A DNA stretch of 64,000 nt. It comes from Escherichia coli (GTDB taxonomy: Bacteria > Pseudomonadota > Gammaproteobacteria > Enterobacterales > Enterobacteriaceae). Location: the NCBI RefSeq assembly GCF_003018255.1, contig NZ_CP027440.1; one strand, given 5' to 3'. The notes beneath the pieces were generated by a model. It was not told the origin of the DNA and did not search any database. It saw nothing but the letters and a program-made list of their open reading frames with translations. Each line of letters starts with the position of its first letter. The first letter of the stretch is position 1. A program made the position numbers and the translations under genes. Below, in pieces: positions 16,484-27,533 of this stretch.

Positions 16484-16942
16484 ATGAATCCCCTGCGTGT
16501 CGATCTGCGCGCTGGCACCTTCGCCGCAGATCCACTCTTCCAGACGCTCGGTAAGCGCCGCATCCGTAAGCTTCTCGCGCCCACGTAACGCACACTCCCA
16601 GACAATCAGTACGCGCCAGCCGAGTTCCTGCAAGCGACTGATATCGCGGCGATCGCGTTCAACATTTTTACCTATCTTCTCCAGCCAGAACTCGGTTCGA
16701 GTCGCAGGCACTTTAAACAGATAGCAGTGATGATGATGCCAGAAGCAGCCGTGGGTAAATATCACGCAGCGATATTCATCAACGACAAAATCCGGGCGTC
16801 CGGGCAGACTGGCGTCCTGAACGCGAAACGCCAGGCCCTGCCCGGTTAACAAACTGGCGAGGCGCTTCTCAATCGCCGTATTACGCGTGGCAATTGCGCG
16901 CATATTTTTGCTGCGGGTGGCCTTATCGTGAACGTCGACCAT
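16472..16942 (-). CDS. vsr: Very-short-patch repair endonuclease Vsr (156 aa)
   Basis: ORF 16472..17104; start set to [16 protein letters not shown]...; overlaps the 3' end of dcm as expected. Confidence 0.9.
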   Translation of the reverse strand: MVDVHDKATRSKNMRAIATRNTAIEKRLASLLTGQGLAFRVQDASLPGRPDFVVDEYRCVIFTHGCFWHHHHCYLFKVPATRTEFWLEKIGKNVERDRRDISRLQELGWRVLIVWECALRGREKLTDAALTERLEEWICGEGASAQIDTQGIHLLA

Positions 16943-18341
16943 GTTGTGCCTCTTGCTGACGCAACGCCACCGCCTGTTTGATTTTTGGCTCAAGCAGTTT
17001 TGCCACCGCGGCAAAGACCGGCACGACCACCGAGTTACCGAACTGGCGATAGGCCTGAGTGTCCGAAACCGGAATGCGGAATTTCGCTTCTCCCGGCGCT
17101 TCAAAACCCATTAAGCGCGCGCATTCCCGAGGCGTTAACCGACGTGGACGATGTTGCTGATTCAGCGGATCGTCAAAGTCTTTCTCACCCGTGGCCATAT
17201 CCCAGCCGCGATCGATTAGAATTTCCGCGCCATCTTTGTAATAACGCGCAGACAGCGTACGCGTGACGCTTTGCGGATTGTTCGGATAAACCATTCCATA
17301 ACCGAAGCCGTTACCGCGCGCCTGATGTTTTTTCGCATAACGATAGAGGTACTTCCACAGCACCGACGTCAGGATATATTTCGCCTCGACCATCGGGTCC
17401 AGCAGCTGCGCCAGCGTCACTCGCTGTGCAGGGAAACATTTGCTGATATCACGCAGAGTAAAATCGGCTTTCAGATTCAGATCGCGACGAAAACCCACCA
17501 GCACGATGCGTTCACGGTGCTGCGGCAGAAAATGTTTGCCGTCGATGATTTTCGGATCGTCTGGCCCGTTATCTTCTGCATCAGCCACGTCATAGCCCAG
17601 TTCGTCCAGCGTCTGCATGATGATGCGGAACGTTTTACCCTGGTCGTGACTTTTCAGGTTTTTGACGTTTTCGAGCACAAACATCGCCGGACGACGCGCG
17701 TCGATAATGCGCACCACATCAAAGAACAGCGTGCCCTGGGTATCGCAGGCAAAACCGTGCGCCCGCCCGAGCGAGTTCTTTTTCGATACGCCAGCCAGCG
17801 AAAATGGCTGACAAGGAAAACCCGCCAGTAATACATCGTGTTCAGGAATGTGTTGACGAATATGTTCCGCCGCCGCCTCATCACTCACGCCTTCTTTATG
17901 GCTGAGGGTGATGTCGCGGATATCTTCATTAAAATGATGCGTCGCCGGGTCGCAATAATGATTGGCTTTATAAGTGCGTACCGCATGTTTGTTCCATTCG
18001 CTGGTAAAGACGCACTGTCCGCCAATCGATTCAAAACCGCGACGGATGCCGCCAATTCCGGCAAATAGATCGATAAAGCGAAACGCATAATGCGGATGAT
18101 GTGCCGGTGGTTTGGGTAACAACGTTTGCAGATGGGCGAACTCTTTCTCACTTAAACGGTGCCATGCCGAGTCATTCGCCAGCGCACGTTTTAAAATTGC
18201 CGCGCTCCAGTGATTCTCACCCACACCATTAAGCTGCGCCACCAGCGTTTTAACATCATAAATTTGCAGCAGTTTCTCCAGCATTGCCTGAACGACATTC
18301 CCGGTGCTGTATGAATCGGTTACTGATATATTTTCCTGCAT
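16923..18341 (-). CDS. dcm: DNA cytosine-5 methyltransferase Dcm (472 aa)
   Basis: m5C-MTase motifs (FAGIGG, ENV) and the classic dcm-vsr overlap. Confidence 0.92.
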   Translation of the reverse strand: MQENISVTDSYSTGNVVQAMLEKLLQIYDVKTLVAQLNGVGENHWSAAILKRALANDSAWHRLSEKEFAHLQTLLPKPPAHHPHYAFRFIDLFAGIGGIRRGFESIGGQCVFTSEWNKHAVRTYKANHYCDPATHHFNEDIRDITLSHKEGVSDEAAAEHIRQHIPEHDVLLAGFPCQPFSLAGVSKKNSLGRAHGFACDTQGTLFFDVVRIIDARRPAMFVLENVKNLKSHDQGKTFRIIMQTLDELGYDVADAEDNGPDDPKIIDGKHFLPQHRERIVLVGFRRDLNLKADFTLRDISKCFPAQRVTLAQLLDPMVEAKYILTSVLWKYLYRYAKKHQARGNGFGYGMVYPNNPQSVTRTLSARYYKDGAEILIDRGWDMATGEKDFDDPLNQQHRPRRLTPRECARLMGFEAPGEAKFRIPVSDTQAYRQFGNSVVVPVFAAVAKLLEPKIKQAVALRQQEAQHGRRSR

Positions 18342-18407
18342 AGATTTAACCGGCCATCTGAGATGGCCGACAGGTTAACATAATTACTGCCGTTTAGGGC
18401 CACGCGC

Positions 18408-19103
18408 TCAGCCCGCGGGTGAAAACGCATCTATCACCTTGTGATCGACACCTTCATTCTCCCCCGCCAGTTCGGCACTGAGCTTCGCCATAAACTCGAC
18501 TAAAAATTGCGCGTTGTGCTGCGCCAGCTGCTTGCCTCTTGCGGTTTGCATGGTTTGCGGTAGCTTCAGCAACTTAGTCTGGAAATGATCCAGCGCGTAG
18601 CGTTTATCATCAAGCGGGCGATGCTGTGCGAACGGATCTTCGCCATCAAACAGCGCCACGCCCAATGCCCCTGAAACAGCAAACACGCGCGCCAGGCCAA
18701 TCGCCCCCAGGGCTTCCAGCCGATCCGCATCCTGGACGATTTTAGCTTCCGTTGTTAAGGGGGCGATTTGCGCGCTGAAACTGTGCGCGGCAATGGCATG
18801 ACAAACGGCCTCGATTTTCTCCGCCGGAAATTGCACGAACTCTTCACGGAGCAGGCGACGCGTCTCTTCTGCCGCCAGGATTGAAGAATGCTGCCGTTGC
18901 GGATGATCTTTCGCCAGGCTCACAATATCGTGAAAATAACAGGCGGATAAAATCACCAGCATATCGACATCGTCATCTGCCGCCAGCTTCTGTGCCGTAG
19001 CCCAGACGCGGCGAAAATGACACACGTCATGGGCCGCGTCCTGGTGCTGATGATGGTTTTTCAACCAGTTTTCGAACTGTGCCTGCCAGTGTTGTAAGTC
19101 CAT
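18408..19103 (-). CDS. yedJ: HD-domain phosphohydrolase YedJ (231 aa)
   Basis: ORF 18408..19130; internal Met start gives the expected 231 aa. Confidence 0.8.
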   Translation of the reverse strand: MDLQHWQAQFENWLKNHHQHQDAAHDVCHFRRVWATAQKLAADDDVDMLVILSACYFHDIVSLAKDHPQRQHSSILAAEETRRLLREEFVQFPAEKIEAVCHAIAAHSFSAQIAPLTTEAKIVQDADRLEALGAIGLARVFAVSGALGVALFDGEDPFAQHRPLDDKRYALDHFQTKLLKLPQTMQTARGKQLAQHNAQFLVEFMAKLSAELAGENEGVDHKVIDAFSPAG

Positions 19104-19142
19104 ACGCGCTCCGTTGCCAAAGAGTCGCAACCTTAGCAGTTT

Positions 19143-19526
19143 TTATTCATAGCGTCTGCTACGTGCGGGACGAGGTCGGGTGTACCAGGCAATGCTGCCT
19201 AACAATGCCCCGACCAGAGCCATAAATAAAAATCCGACCAGTGCCCCTAACCACTTTCCCGCGGTAGAGCCTAAATCGCTTTCAAATCCCGACACCGGGG
19301 CATCAGGGATCCGGCTCATCACCCAGATGTAACGCGCCATTGCCCAGACGAAATAGCCACACCATGTATAGAAAGCCCACAAAGCCAATTTGCCGCCAGG
19401 GCTGCGAGAGAGTCTCTCTTCCATCTTTGTCGAACCGTATTCCATTTTGAGATAACCCGGAAAATTCAGACTTAGTACTATTATGTGATAAAAGTCACAT
19501 TTTTCCACATTGGATGAGCCAGTCAA
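19143..19526 (-). CDS. yedR: Inner-membrane protein YedR (start uncertain)
   Basis: Small hydrophobic ORF in the expected position. Confidence 0.6.
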   Translation of the reverse strand: MTGSSNVEKCDFYHIIVLSLNFPGYLKMEYGSTKMEERLSRSPGGKLALWAFYTWCGYFVWAMARYIWVMSRIPDAPVSGFESDLGSTAGKWLGALVGFLFMALVGALLGSIAWYTRPRPARSRRYE

Positions 19527-19737
19527 GACTCAATCATTTTTTGAACAAATAGATAAATTTTGCGCAACGGCGGTGAATACAGGAAAATTCGATTTGAACG
19601 ATGTTATTTATCTTTGATTTCGGCTTTATTAATTCACTCAATCAATATATTGGCACTGATTACAATTATACCTTTTTATTTTTCTGTGTCATCATGCCTC
19701 CGTTATTAGCCTTTTATCGTCTTGTTTATATTTTTTT

Positions 19738-19762
19738 GGCCGGCATGATGCCGGCTTTTTTT
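19738..19762. terminator. GC hairpin ggccggcat/atgccggcc flanked by A/T runs on both sides (bidirectional intrinsic terminator signature) in the yedR-yedS intergenic region
   Basis: Read directly; no transcribed unit assigned. Confidence 0.4.
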
Positions 19763-20068
19763 ATGCCTTCATTAATGTGCGCGAGATCACACCAGCCGTT
19801 TAGCACACAATCATTGATACTCCCTATCTTTTCGATCAACTCATAACATATTGATATACATCCATAATGTTCGTGAATATTTATATTCAGAATTCATAGC
19901 CACGAATTATATTAAATAGATTAGAAACATTTTGAAATCTTTTAAATACATTTGTTACATGTAATCTTTAAAATAAAATGAACTTCATAGAATAGTATCC
20001 AAATGTGCTTTTTTTGGATAACAGCACTTATTGATATATTCATGAAGATTATAATCACAAGGGAATAC

Positions 20069-20157
20069 ATAATGAAAAGAAAAGTTCTGGCAATGCTGGT
20101 CCCGGCGTTATTAGTTGCTGGCGCAGCAAATGCGGCTGAAATTTATAATAAAAATGG
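20069..20157 (+). pseudogene. yedS: 5' fragment of porin gene yedS (signal peptide + AEIYNKNG), truncated by the prophage
   Basis: [29 protein letters not shown] is a typical OmpC-family leader and mature start; the frame collapses right after. Confidence 0.75.
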
Positions 20158-20222
20158 GTTTTTTGTTGCCTGAAATTTATGCTCTTTAAAATCATGATGT
20201 TAGAAGCACTGTTTTTTAACGA

Positions 20223-20244
20223 TGGCGACAAAATGGCGGCAGCG
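20223..20244. repeat. Prophage attachment-site core, left copy (tggcgacaaaatggcggcagcg)
   Basis: 21/22 identical to 54609..54630; lies immediately after the ogr stop, where P2-type attP sits. Confidence 0.7.
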
Positions 20245-20463
20245 TCAAAGAGAGAGCGCCACCTGTCCTGATTTCATTGGATGCGGCTGAACCGGATTTG
20301 ACTCTTTTGGCGTTGCAATCGAACGAACAAAAGTTTCATGAGTAACAAAAGTATGGCTGCAGTTAATGTTCTGGCACTGGTTGTAACGCTCTTTGGTCAA
20401 TGAAGATACCTGAAAACTGCTGCGAGTATGGGCGGCACTTCCACACAGTGGGCAAATCATCAT
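20245..20463 (-). CDS. ogr: Late-gene activator Ogr (zinc finger; CxxC...CxxxxC)
   Basis: ORF 20245..20496; start moved to MMICPLCGSAAH... for ~72 aa. Confidence 0.85.
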   Translation of the reverse strand: MMICPLCGSAAHTRSSFQVSSLTKERYNQCQNINCSHTFVTHETFVRSIATPKESNPVQPHPMKSGQVALSL

Positions 20464-20553
20464 TTTTCGAGTTCTCCCCATTTTTGCTAAATTCACAATA
20501 ATGATACCGCATTATTCCATTTTGAAAACTTAAAAGTTCTCCATTGCGAAGAA

Positions 20554-21654
20554 TCATTCCATTTCGAAATCATCAATCTTCACTTCAAGCTCCAGACTGG
20601 TCGTAAAACCGTTATCCGGGCTGACAGTATGCGTCAGGGTGGTAATAGTCCATTCCGCATCATCTATCGGCTGTTTAAAGCCACTGACTTTCACTGGCAT
20701 TTCCGTGTAGAGATCTGCCCGCCCTTCCGCCAGTTGTAGCGAGAATGACGCAACGCCGCGTTGCAGGCGTTCCCACTGCATTTTCGCCGCTCGTTCGGCG
20801 TTGCTCCGGTTGGCATAAGTGCGATTAAGTACCAGCACGTTTTCATCCGTACCCACCAGGTAATCGCCCTGCTTCGCTTCCGGCTCTTTCTTCTGCTTCT
20901 TAGTTCTGCGCTTACGCTTCACCGTGGTGCTTTCTTTCTTCGCGGGTTCGCGGGTATGCAACCAGCTGGCAATTACGCCCGTGTAAGCTCCGCGATCTGC
21001 CAGGGTAAAGCGGTGACTGTCGCCGTCCTTACGTGTGATAGTGATAACCGGTAGTGGTTTACCACTGGCGCTTTTACCCTGCCCCTGCCTGATGAATAAC
21101 AGATTGCCATTTTTCACCGACGCAATAGCACCGTACTGGCGCGCCAGCCGCATCAGAAAACTGCCGTCACTCTCATTGGTCTGGTCTATATGTTCCACGG
21201 GTTTATCTGACAGGTCTTTACCCAATGCCATCTTCAGTTTGTGCCGCGCAGCTATTTCCTTCACCACTTCCCCAACGGTGGTCTTGTGCCACGACTTTTC
21301 ACGGCGGGTATTCAGTGTTTCACGAAAATCAGCACTTCGCGCCCGGATAGTCAGGCGGTCCGGTGCGCCAGTGTGTTCAATCTCGTCCACTGTGAATGCC
21401 CCTTTCGGGAAAAGCGGCTGCCCCTTCCAGCCTAGCGCCAGCGTAATGACCGCACCACGGCGCGGCAGCGCTATTTTTCCATCGGCGTCATCCAGGTCCA
21501 GATCAAGCTGGTCCGCTTCAAAGCCCCGGTTATCCGTCAGCGTCAGACTCATCAGGCGGTTATCCAGCACAGTGGTGATATCCCTGCCCTCAATACTGAT
21601 ACTGAATGCCGGAGTTTTGTTGCCTTTGTTAAGCAGTTCAGAGCTGAAATTCAC
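20554..21654 (-). CDS. D: Tail protein D (P2 gpD-like)
   Basis: Size and position next to ogr and U. Confidence 0.85.
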   Translation of the reverse strand: MNFSSELLNKGNKTPAFSISIEGRDITTVLDNRLMSLTLTDNRGFEADQLDLDLDDADGKIALPRRGAVITLALGWKGQPLFPKGAFTVDEIEHTGAPDRLTIRARSADFRETLNTRREKSWHKTTVGEVVKEIAARHKLKMALGKDLSDKPVEHIDQTNESDGSFLMRLARQYGAIASVKNGNLLFIRQGQGKSASGKPLPVITITRKDGDSHRFTLADRGAYTGVIASWLHTREPAKKESTTVKRKRRTKKQKKEPEAKQGDYLVGTDENVLVLNRTYANRSNAERAAKMQWERLQRGVASFSLQLAEGRADLYTEMPVKVSGFKQPIDDAEWTITTLTHTVSPDNGFTTSLELEVKIDDFEME

Positions 21655-22136
21655 GACAGAAGCCCTCCCACCGTTTTACTGATATCGCTTAAGGCAGATG
21701 TTGCCGTTCCCTGCAGATTATTCAGCTGCGCACTGAGATCACCGAACATATCGGACAGGGATTCATCCACCCGTTTGAGCGACAGGGTGAACTCAATCCG
21801 GCGCGGCATACCGTTGCGGAAAAACTCCGTTTTAGTCTGATTCAGTCCCTCAATCACATACATGCCGTAAATCGTGCCGCTGCCTTCAATCAGAGGCCAT
21901 GCTTTCCCCTGTTCTGCCATCTGCTCAAGTGCCAGCAACGACAGCCTGCCGCCTGTTATCTCCGGCATAAGAACACCGGAAAGCGTCAGCATGTCGTTGT
22001 CTGGTCCCAGAAACTGCGTGGACGGACGACGATTTACCCGGCTGTTAACCGCATGTCGCCAGCTGCGTTGATACTGCAGTTCCTGATACGGCACGGTGCG
22101 CAGCATAAACACGTACAATCCCAGCACCATCATCAT
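21651..22136 (-). CDS. U: Tail protein U (P2 gpU-like)
   Basis: Size and P2 gene order. Confidence 0.8.
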   Translation of the reverse strand: MMMVLGLYVFMLRTVPYQELQYQRSWRHAVNSRVNRRPSTQFLGPDNDMLTLSGVLMPEITGGRLSLLALEQMAEQGKAWPLIEGSGTIYGMYVIEGLNQTKTEFFRNGMPRRIEFTLSLKRVDESLSDMFGDLSAQLNNLQGTATSALSDISKTVGGLLS

Positions 22137-25100
22137 GCGTCGTATCCCCCCTGATCGCTGTAGTTACTCCTGGCTTTTGCCTTCAGCCTGCGTTCACGTT
22201 CATCAAGCTGGCGTGCCACCTCCCGCGCAATATCCTGCGCACTTTGTCCTGGCTGCGTCTGAATGATGATCTGCGTCGGTGCCTCAATCCGTTGAACGAG
22301 CGGCACAGTGGCTGCGCGACTCACAATTGCTTCTCCACCTTTCGCGGGAAGTGCCAAAGGGTGCAACGGTGGAAGCTCTGCTGGCGCGGCAGCAACGCCC
22401 ATCATTCCGGCAACAACGGCAGCCAGTGCAGCTGTATTTCTCCGGCTGGTCACATTTGCCGGGCCGTTAACAATTTCCGGCCCGTTTTCACCGACGATGC
22501 CAAACTGCCCGCGCGGGATATACCCGCCGCTGTCATACATCCCCGCAAAGCCATATCCCCATGATGGAAAACCACCCGATGGCATCATCACTTTACCGTC
22601 TGCATTCACCGTCGCAGGTTGCTGACGCGTCACGCTTTCCGGCAGTTTTGCCTTTGCGGCCTCTTTACTGACAATGCCGAGCTTCTCCAGCAACCAGGAA
22701 ACGCCGGATTTCAGGGAGTCCAGCGGATGCATGACCATATTCAGCCCTTCCACCAGTGCCTCCCCGAATCGCCGCCCCATTGCCGCTGCGCTCTGCAGTT
22801 CGGCAGAGGTCGACTTAACGGGCGTCAGCAGATCAGTAAACCAGCCCCACAGCGCCTGCACTTTGTCGCCAATCCACTGGAACACGGGCTTAAGCGGTTC
22901 GAACGCTGCACTGATGGGACCTGCCGCCGCTTTGAATCCTTCCACCACGCCACCGAGAAATGCGGTGATGGGTTGCCAGTATTTCCAGACAACCAGCGCC
23001 ACGCCCGCCAGTGCAGTAACCACAAGACCTATCGGACTGAGCAGAGCACCTAACAGACCAGATATGGCATACAGGGCAACGCGCAGCATCGCCAGTGGAC
23101 CAGATGCCAGTACTCGCAGCACCGTGCCTGCGGCGGCCAGTCCACCGCGCAGTACCGACAGAGGATTCATAAACATCACAGCAACAGCACGTAAACCGGA
23201 TAATCCAGACCGCAAAAGTGCAACCGGCGCACCTGCTACAGTTTTCAGGACATTTCCCGTCAGTGATGCCGTGCGGCGCAAAGACGACAACGGCGCAGTA
23301 AGTAAACCTGCGGCGTTGCCCGATGAAGCAAGCCCGCGTCGCAGCAGTGCCAGTGGTGCGCCAGCCAGCCAGGACAACGCGCTGCTGGTTCGAGTTACTG
23401 CTGCCGTAACGAAAGATAACGTTTTGATACCCAGCACAGAGAATCCCAGACGGATCACTGCCAGCGGCCCCAGCACTGCAGCCAGCGCCACCGCTAAGGT
23501 GCCGAGGCCGACGGTAACCGCAGCCACAACAGCCGATGCTTTCATCAGTGTGCCTGTCAGTTCCGGGTTAGCTTCCACCCAGCGACGCAACGCCCCCGTG
23601 ACGCTTTTCACCGTGTACAGAATATCCATCAGCGGCTGGCGCAGCGTTTCGCCCAGGCTGCTGAAGGTGTTCTGCGCTCCGGTTTTGACCAGCAACCACT
23701 GCGCAGAAAGTGAATCCTTGTTAATGTCGGATTCTTTCTGCATGGAGCCGAGCGCATCATTGCCCGCTGTCAGTTTTAACTGACGCTGCAGTTCCGGCAG
23801 GTTGTTTGCCAGTTTCGCCGCGTCATCGCCAAACTCTTTACCAAACAACATAGTCATGGCAGACAGGCGCTTGTCCTGCGGCAGCGCGTTTACCTTCTCC
23901 AGCACGCGCTGGATGGTTCCCATCGCATCCTTCGTCATCTGCTTTTCAATCACTTCAGGATTGAGTTTCAGCAAATTCATCCCTTCAAAGAAACTTTTGC
24001 TTTGCATGGTGGCAATGGACAATTCACGCACCATCGCGTTTGCTGCACTGGCTGCAACCTCTGGCGCAGCGCCCAGTGTCAGGAAGGTGGAACCCAGCGC
24101 CGCCGCTTTACGATAATCCAGACGGTCAGCCACACCGCCCAGACGTTGCATCACATCAATGATGTCTGCCCCTTTCGACATGGCGTTATCATCCAGATAG
24201 TTCAGCGCATCACCGAGCTGTTCAATATTGCGGGTGGGGATTTTGTAGAGCTGGGCGATTTTCCCCAGACTTTCTGACAGTTCATCCGCTGGCAGCTCAA
24301 AGGCTGTTGCCGCCTTTGCTGCCGTACTGGCGAAGGCCAGCAGGTCACGTTTCTGATCTTCCCAACTGTCGTCAGGGTTTGCGACGTTCATGCGCGCACC
24401 ACCTTCAACCAGTGCAGCGAAATCCACCGCACCGTTTTCCATCGGCAACTGTTCGCTGGCAGCCTTGATGGCATCCTGCATTTCATAAAAACGTGCAGTG
24501 CGGTTGCCATTATCGTCACGCAGACCATTGACCTGCTTTGCCACACCTTTCATGGCATCTTCCATGCTGGTATAGCTTTTTACTGCCGCCATCACTGGTG
24601 CGCCCATTGCCAGCCCTGCAGCCGTGGTGGTGGCTCCGGCACCTGCAATACGATCACGCACCTCCAGCGAACGGGCATAACTGGCACGCGCTGCATTCAT
24701 CCTGCGCTGAGCTTCCCCCAGTCGCTTCAGCCGCGCCTCCTGTTTCGAAAGTTCCTGGTTATAACGTGATGTTTCACGGGCTAAACGGGCAGTTGCTCCC
24801 GCATCGTCTTTCGCAGAAATTCCCGCCCGGTACAGTTCAGCACGCACAAGCGCCGTCTGCTGCTGCAGCTTTTTCTGGCGTTCTTCCAGGCGCTGAACAG
24901 CCAGCCGTTGACGGCCCAGAGCAACAACCTGACGTTGCGAAGGCGGCCCCATCGCTCCCAGTTCCTGACTGAGCAAATTTGCACGCTGGCGGGCATAGTT
25001 CAGCCTGTCGCCTAATTTCTGATTTTCTGCCTGCAGCTTTCGGAAGCTGTCCAGACTGCTCCCGGCCTGATCAAGCTGCTTTATTGCATCGCGGGATTTT

Positions 25101-25210
25101 TTGACAGCAGCAGCCAGTTCTCTTGAACTGGCCTGCGCAGATCGAAATGGGCGGGTGAGCTTGTCAACCGCATTAAGAATGACCTGCAGACGCAGGTTGT
25201 TATCACTCAT
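22133..25210 (-). CDS. T: Tail tape-measure protein (P2 gpT-like, 1025 aa)
   Basis: Very long Ala/Leu-rich coiled-coil protein between E/E' and U. Confidence 0.88.
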   Translation of the reverse strand: MSDNNLRLQVILNAVDKLTRPFRSAQASSRELAAAVKKSRDAIKQLDQAGSSLDSFRKLQAENQKLGDRLNYARQRANLLSQELGAMGPPSQRQVVALGRQRLAVQRLEERQKKLQQQTALVRAELYRAGISAKDDAGATARLARETSRYNQELSKQEARLKRLGEAQRRMNAARASYARSLEVRDRIAGAGATTTAAGLAMGAPVMAAVKSYTSMEDAMKGVAKQVNGLRDDNGNRTARFYEMQDAIKAASEQLPMENGAVDFAALVEGGARMNVANPDDSWEDQKRDLLAFASTAAKAATAFELPADELSESLGKIAQLYKIPTRNIEQLGDALNYLDDNAMSKGADIIDVMQRLGGVADRLDYRKAAALGSTFLTLGAAPEVAASAANAMVRELSIATMQSKSFFEGMNLLKLNPEVIEKQMTKDAMGTIQRVLEKVNALPQDKRLSAMTMLFGKEFGDDAAKLANNLPELQRQLKLTAGNDALGSMQKESDINKDSLSAQWLLVKTGAQNTFSSLGETLRQPLMDILYTVKSVTGALRRWVEANPELTGTLMKASAVVAAVTVGLGTLAVALAAVLGPLAVIRLGFSVLGIKTLSFVTAAVTRTSSALSWLAGAPLALLRRGLASSGNAAGLLTAPLSSLRRTASLTGNVLKTVAGAPVALLRSGLSGLRAVAVMFMNPLSVLRGGLAAAGTVLRVLASGPLAMLRVALYAISGLLGALLSPIGLVVTALAGVALVVWKYWQPITAFLGGVVEGFKAAAGPISAAFEPLKPVFQWIGDKVQALWGWFTDLLTPVKSTSAELQSAAAMGRRFGEALVEGLNMVMHPLDSLKSGVSWLLEKLGIVSKEAAKAKLPESVTRQQPATVNADGKVMMPSGGFPSWGYGFAGMYDSGGYIPRGQFGIVGENGPEIVNGPANVTSRRNTAALAAVVAGMMGVAAAPAELPPLHPLALPAKGGEAIVSRAATVPLVQRIEAPTQIIIQTQPGQSAQDIAREVARQLDERERRLKAKARSNYSDQGGYDA

Positions 25211-25639
25211 CGTTGGCCCCGCTTCTCTGAATCGCTTTATACCGCCATTCCAGCACTTCGGTCAGCGGCATAACGTCAGTAACGGATGGCGGCCAGTGAA
25301 AAATGGTGGCGATATCTGCCACCAGATCGTCAACCGTCAGGCTGTCGGTAAACCGGCAAGCACCGACTTCTTCAACAAAAAAGTGACAACCTCAACCGAC
25401 ATGGCAGTGAGATCTGCCGGGTCCATCTCTGCAATTTCCTGTGCAGTCAGTGCCGGACTGGAGATGCGGGGGATCACGATCATCATCGCGTTTACATCCA
25501 TATCCATAATGGCCTGCAGGCGTGTACCGCGCAGCGCACCGGACTGCGGTTTACGCAGCACAATTTCGGTGATTTCTGTTTTACCGCGCTTGATGGGGGT
25601 ATCCAGTTGAATGGTCTTTTCAGTCTGCTTATCGCTCAT
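25207..25639 (-). CDS. E: Tail assembly chaperones E and E+E' (E = 25337..25639; E' by -1 frameshift at TTTTTTG)
   Basis: Minus-strand slippery heptamer at ~25375..25381; the -1 frame then stays open to a TGA overlapping the T start codon (ATGA). Confidence 0.7.
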
Positions 25640-25693
25640 TTTGCTGTCCTGTCAATTGGGTTCTGGCGCGGTATCCCGCGCCGTTCAGATATA

Positions 25694-26209
25694 TCAGAGG
25701 CCGAGGGCGTTGCGGTGCGCTTCCATCAGGTCCACACCGTCCACAATTTCCACCATGTTGATAAGGTCCACTTCATAGAGCACCTCACCATTGATGGTCA
25801 GCTTCGCGTAGCTGTTGGTACTGGTCACTTTGGTGGTGTTGCTTTCGCCCGTCTTCCACTCGCCGGAATCCACTTCTTTGTGACGTCCACGCACGACAAG
25901 CTCCACAGCCTGCACTTCCCCGGTATCGTCACGCTGAATAGAGCCGGTAAAGCGCAGCTGGATGCCATCCACCGTGGCTTTACCCATCTGTTTAAACAGC
26001 AGCAATTCAGTACCACCAATGGAAAATTCTGTGTCCAGCGCACTGTCATCAAGCCCCAGATCCACATCCACCGCACCCGGCATTCCGCCGCCGCGATACT
26101 TCTCATATTTGCGGGTGAATTTCGGCAGCGTCAGCGACTCAACGATCCCCTGCCAGTTGTTCCCGTCGTTAAACAGGTTCAGGTGTTTTAATTTGCGTGG
26201 TAAAGCCAT
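25694..26209 (-). CDS. FII: Tail tube protein (P2 gpFII-like, 171 aa)
   Basis: Size and order. Confidence 0.88.
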   Translation of the reverse strand: MALPRKLKHLNLFNDGNNWQGIVESLTLPKFTRKYEKYRGGGMPGAVDVDLGLDDSALDTEFSIGGTELLLFKQMGKATVDGIQLRFTGSIQRDDTGEVQAVELVVRGRHKEVDSGEWKTGESNTTKVTSTNSYAKLTINGEVLYEVDLINMVEIVDGVDLMEAHRNALGL

Positions 26210-26218
26210 GTTGTCCCC

Positions 26219-27391
26219 TTACGCGCTGACCTGGCTGGCGAAATTCACCAGGTACTGATCGGTGATGCGCTGACGCAGCATCAGGTTTTCAAGTGGCGGC
26301 ACTGGCGTGTAGTCGTAGTCGATGGTGAGTTTTCCGGCTTTCAGCGTGTCTTTGTCGTTCACCGACTCATCCAGCCAGCAATCACCACCAATGAGATAGC
26401 CCTGACTGACCAGGCTGCGCATTTTGGCGCGGATACCTTCGATAATGTCGCGGGCCAGCGACGGGTTAAGCGGTTTATCCACCGCCCACATGTGTGCTTC
26501 TGCCATCGTGTCCATCAGCACCTGCGCCGTGCGGGTGTAGTTTTCGAAGGCAAAGAGCGGGTCATCACTCAGGCAGCGGGAACCCCAGAAGCGGAAACCG
26601 TCTTTACGCACAAGCGTGGTGACGTCGTTCTGGTTCAGCAGACCTGCATCGGTTGCCGGGTCCTGCAGATCCCAGAACACATCTGCAGAAATTCCGGTGA
26701 CACCGTTCACGCCCACGTTGGACAGGCTTTTGTGCCATCCGGTCTGCTCGTCAATTTTGGCGCGCAGACCAAGCGCACGGGCGGTGGCATATGCCGTTGC
26801 TTCGGCATTCAGCACCGTGTCCCAGCCAGTAAAGTCAGGCCAGATCAGCATCCCTTCGCGCTGGCTGAAGTTTTCGCGGTAAGTGATCGCCTCCTGCACT
26901 GTCTTGCAGCCATACGCTGACAGGTAAGCAAATCCACGCAGGCTTTGCGCCACGCTCAGCAACTCAGTAGCTACCGCCTTGGTGTCGTGGCCTGGCACGC
27001 CGAGAATGCGCGGTTTAACGCCGAGCTGTGACTGGGCAGATAACAGGGCTTTCATACCTGTTTTTTTACCTTCAGCAGTCACTGCGCCGATGATATTGGT
27101 CGTGGTTTCGTCTTCCGTTTCACCCTGCGGCACACGCACAACAATGGTCACGGGTTTTGCCTGGTCAGCGATGGCATCCAGCGAACGGGCCAGAGTACCG
27201 GACTCACCCGCTTTACCGCTGGCAGTCAGCACATCAGTGATCAGCACGGGTTTATTAAGAGGAAACATTTTTGCATCGGCATCATCGCCCGTGCAGACCA
27301 TACCCACGATGGCGGTGCTCACCGTGGTAATAGATCGGGTGCCTTCGTTGACTTCAACAACGCGCACCCCGTGGTGGTAATCCTGAGCCAT
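26219..27391 (-). CDS. FI: Contractile tail sheath protein (P2 gpFI-like, 390 aa)
   Basis: Size and order. Confidence 0.9.
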   Translation of the reverse strand: MAQDYHHGVRVVEVNEGTRSITTVSTAIVGMVCTGDDADAKMFPLNKPVLITDVLTASGKAGESGTLARSLDAIADQAKPVTIVVRVPQGETEDETTTNIIGAVTAEGKKTGMKALLSAQSQLGVKPRILGVPGHDTKAVATELLSVAQSLRGFAYLSAYGCKTVQEAITYRENFSQREGMLIWPDFTGWDTVLNAEATAYATARALGLRAKIDEQTGWHKSLSNVGVNGVTGISADVFWDLQDPATDAGLLNQNDVTTLVRKDGFRFWGSRCLSDDPLFAFENYTRTAQVLMDTMAEAHMWAVDKPLNPSLARDIIEGIRAKMRSLVSQGYLIGGDCWLDESVNDKDTLKAGKLTIDYDYTPVPPLENLMLRQRITDQYLVNFASQVSA

Positions 27392-27533
27392 AGTGGCGAA
27401 CCTCCTGATTGGATTAGGCTTCGCCCTATGTTGAAGTGATTGTGCCTGACAAACAGCTAAGCGCAGTTGTGTCGTTATTCACACAAAATAACGGTATTTG
27501 TCTGCTTGCAGGGATAATCAACATAATGCTGAT

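Noticed and set aside
19601-19846. 81-aa ORF in the yedR-yedS intergenic region
   Set aside because: Very AT-rich, Phe/Leu/Ile-dominated translation that spans a terminator-like hairpin; not credible as a gene.
20363-20557. 64-aa minus-strand ORF overlapping ogr
   Set aside because: Out-of-frame overlap with the ogr zinc-finger gene and the D stop region; ogr is the supported gene.
22674-23783. 369-aa plus-strand ORF (one of several long ORFs antisense to the tape-measure gene)
   Set aside because: Antisense to a GC-rich, repeat-rich gene, with low-complexity Ser/Ala/Pro composition and no RBS context; typical shadow ORF.
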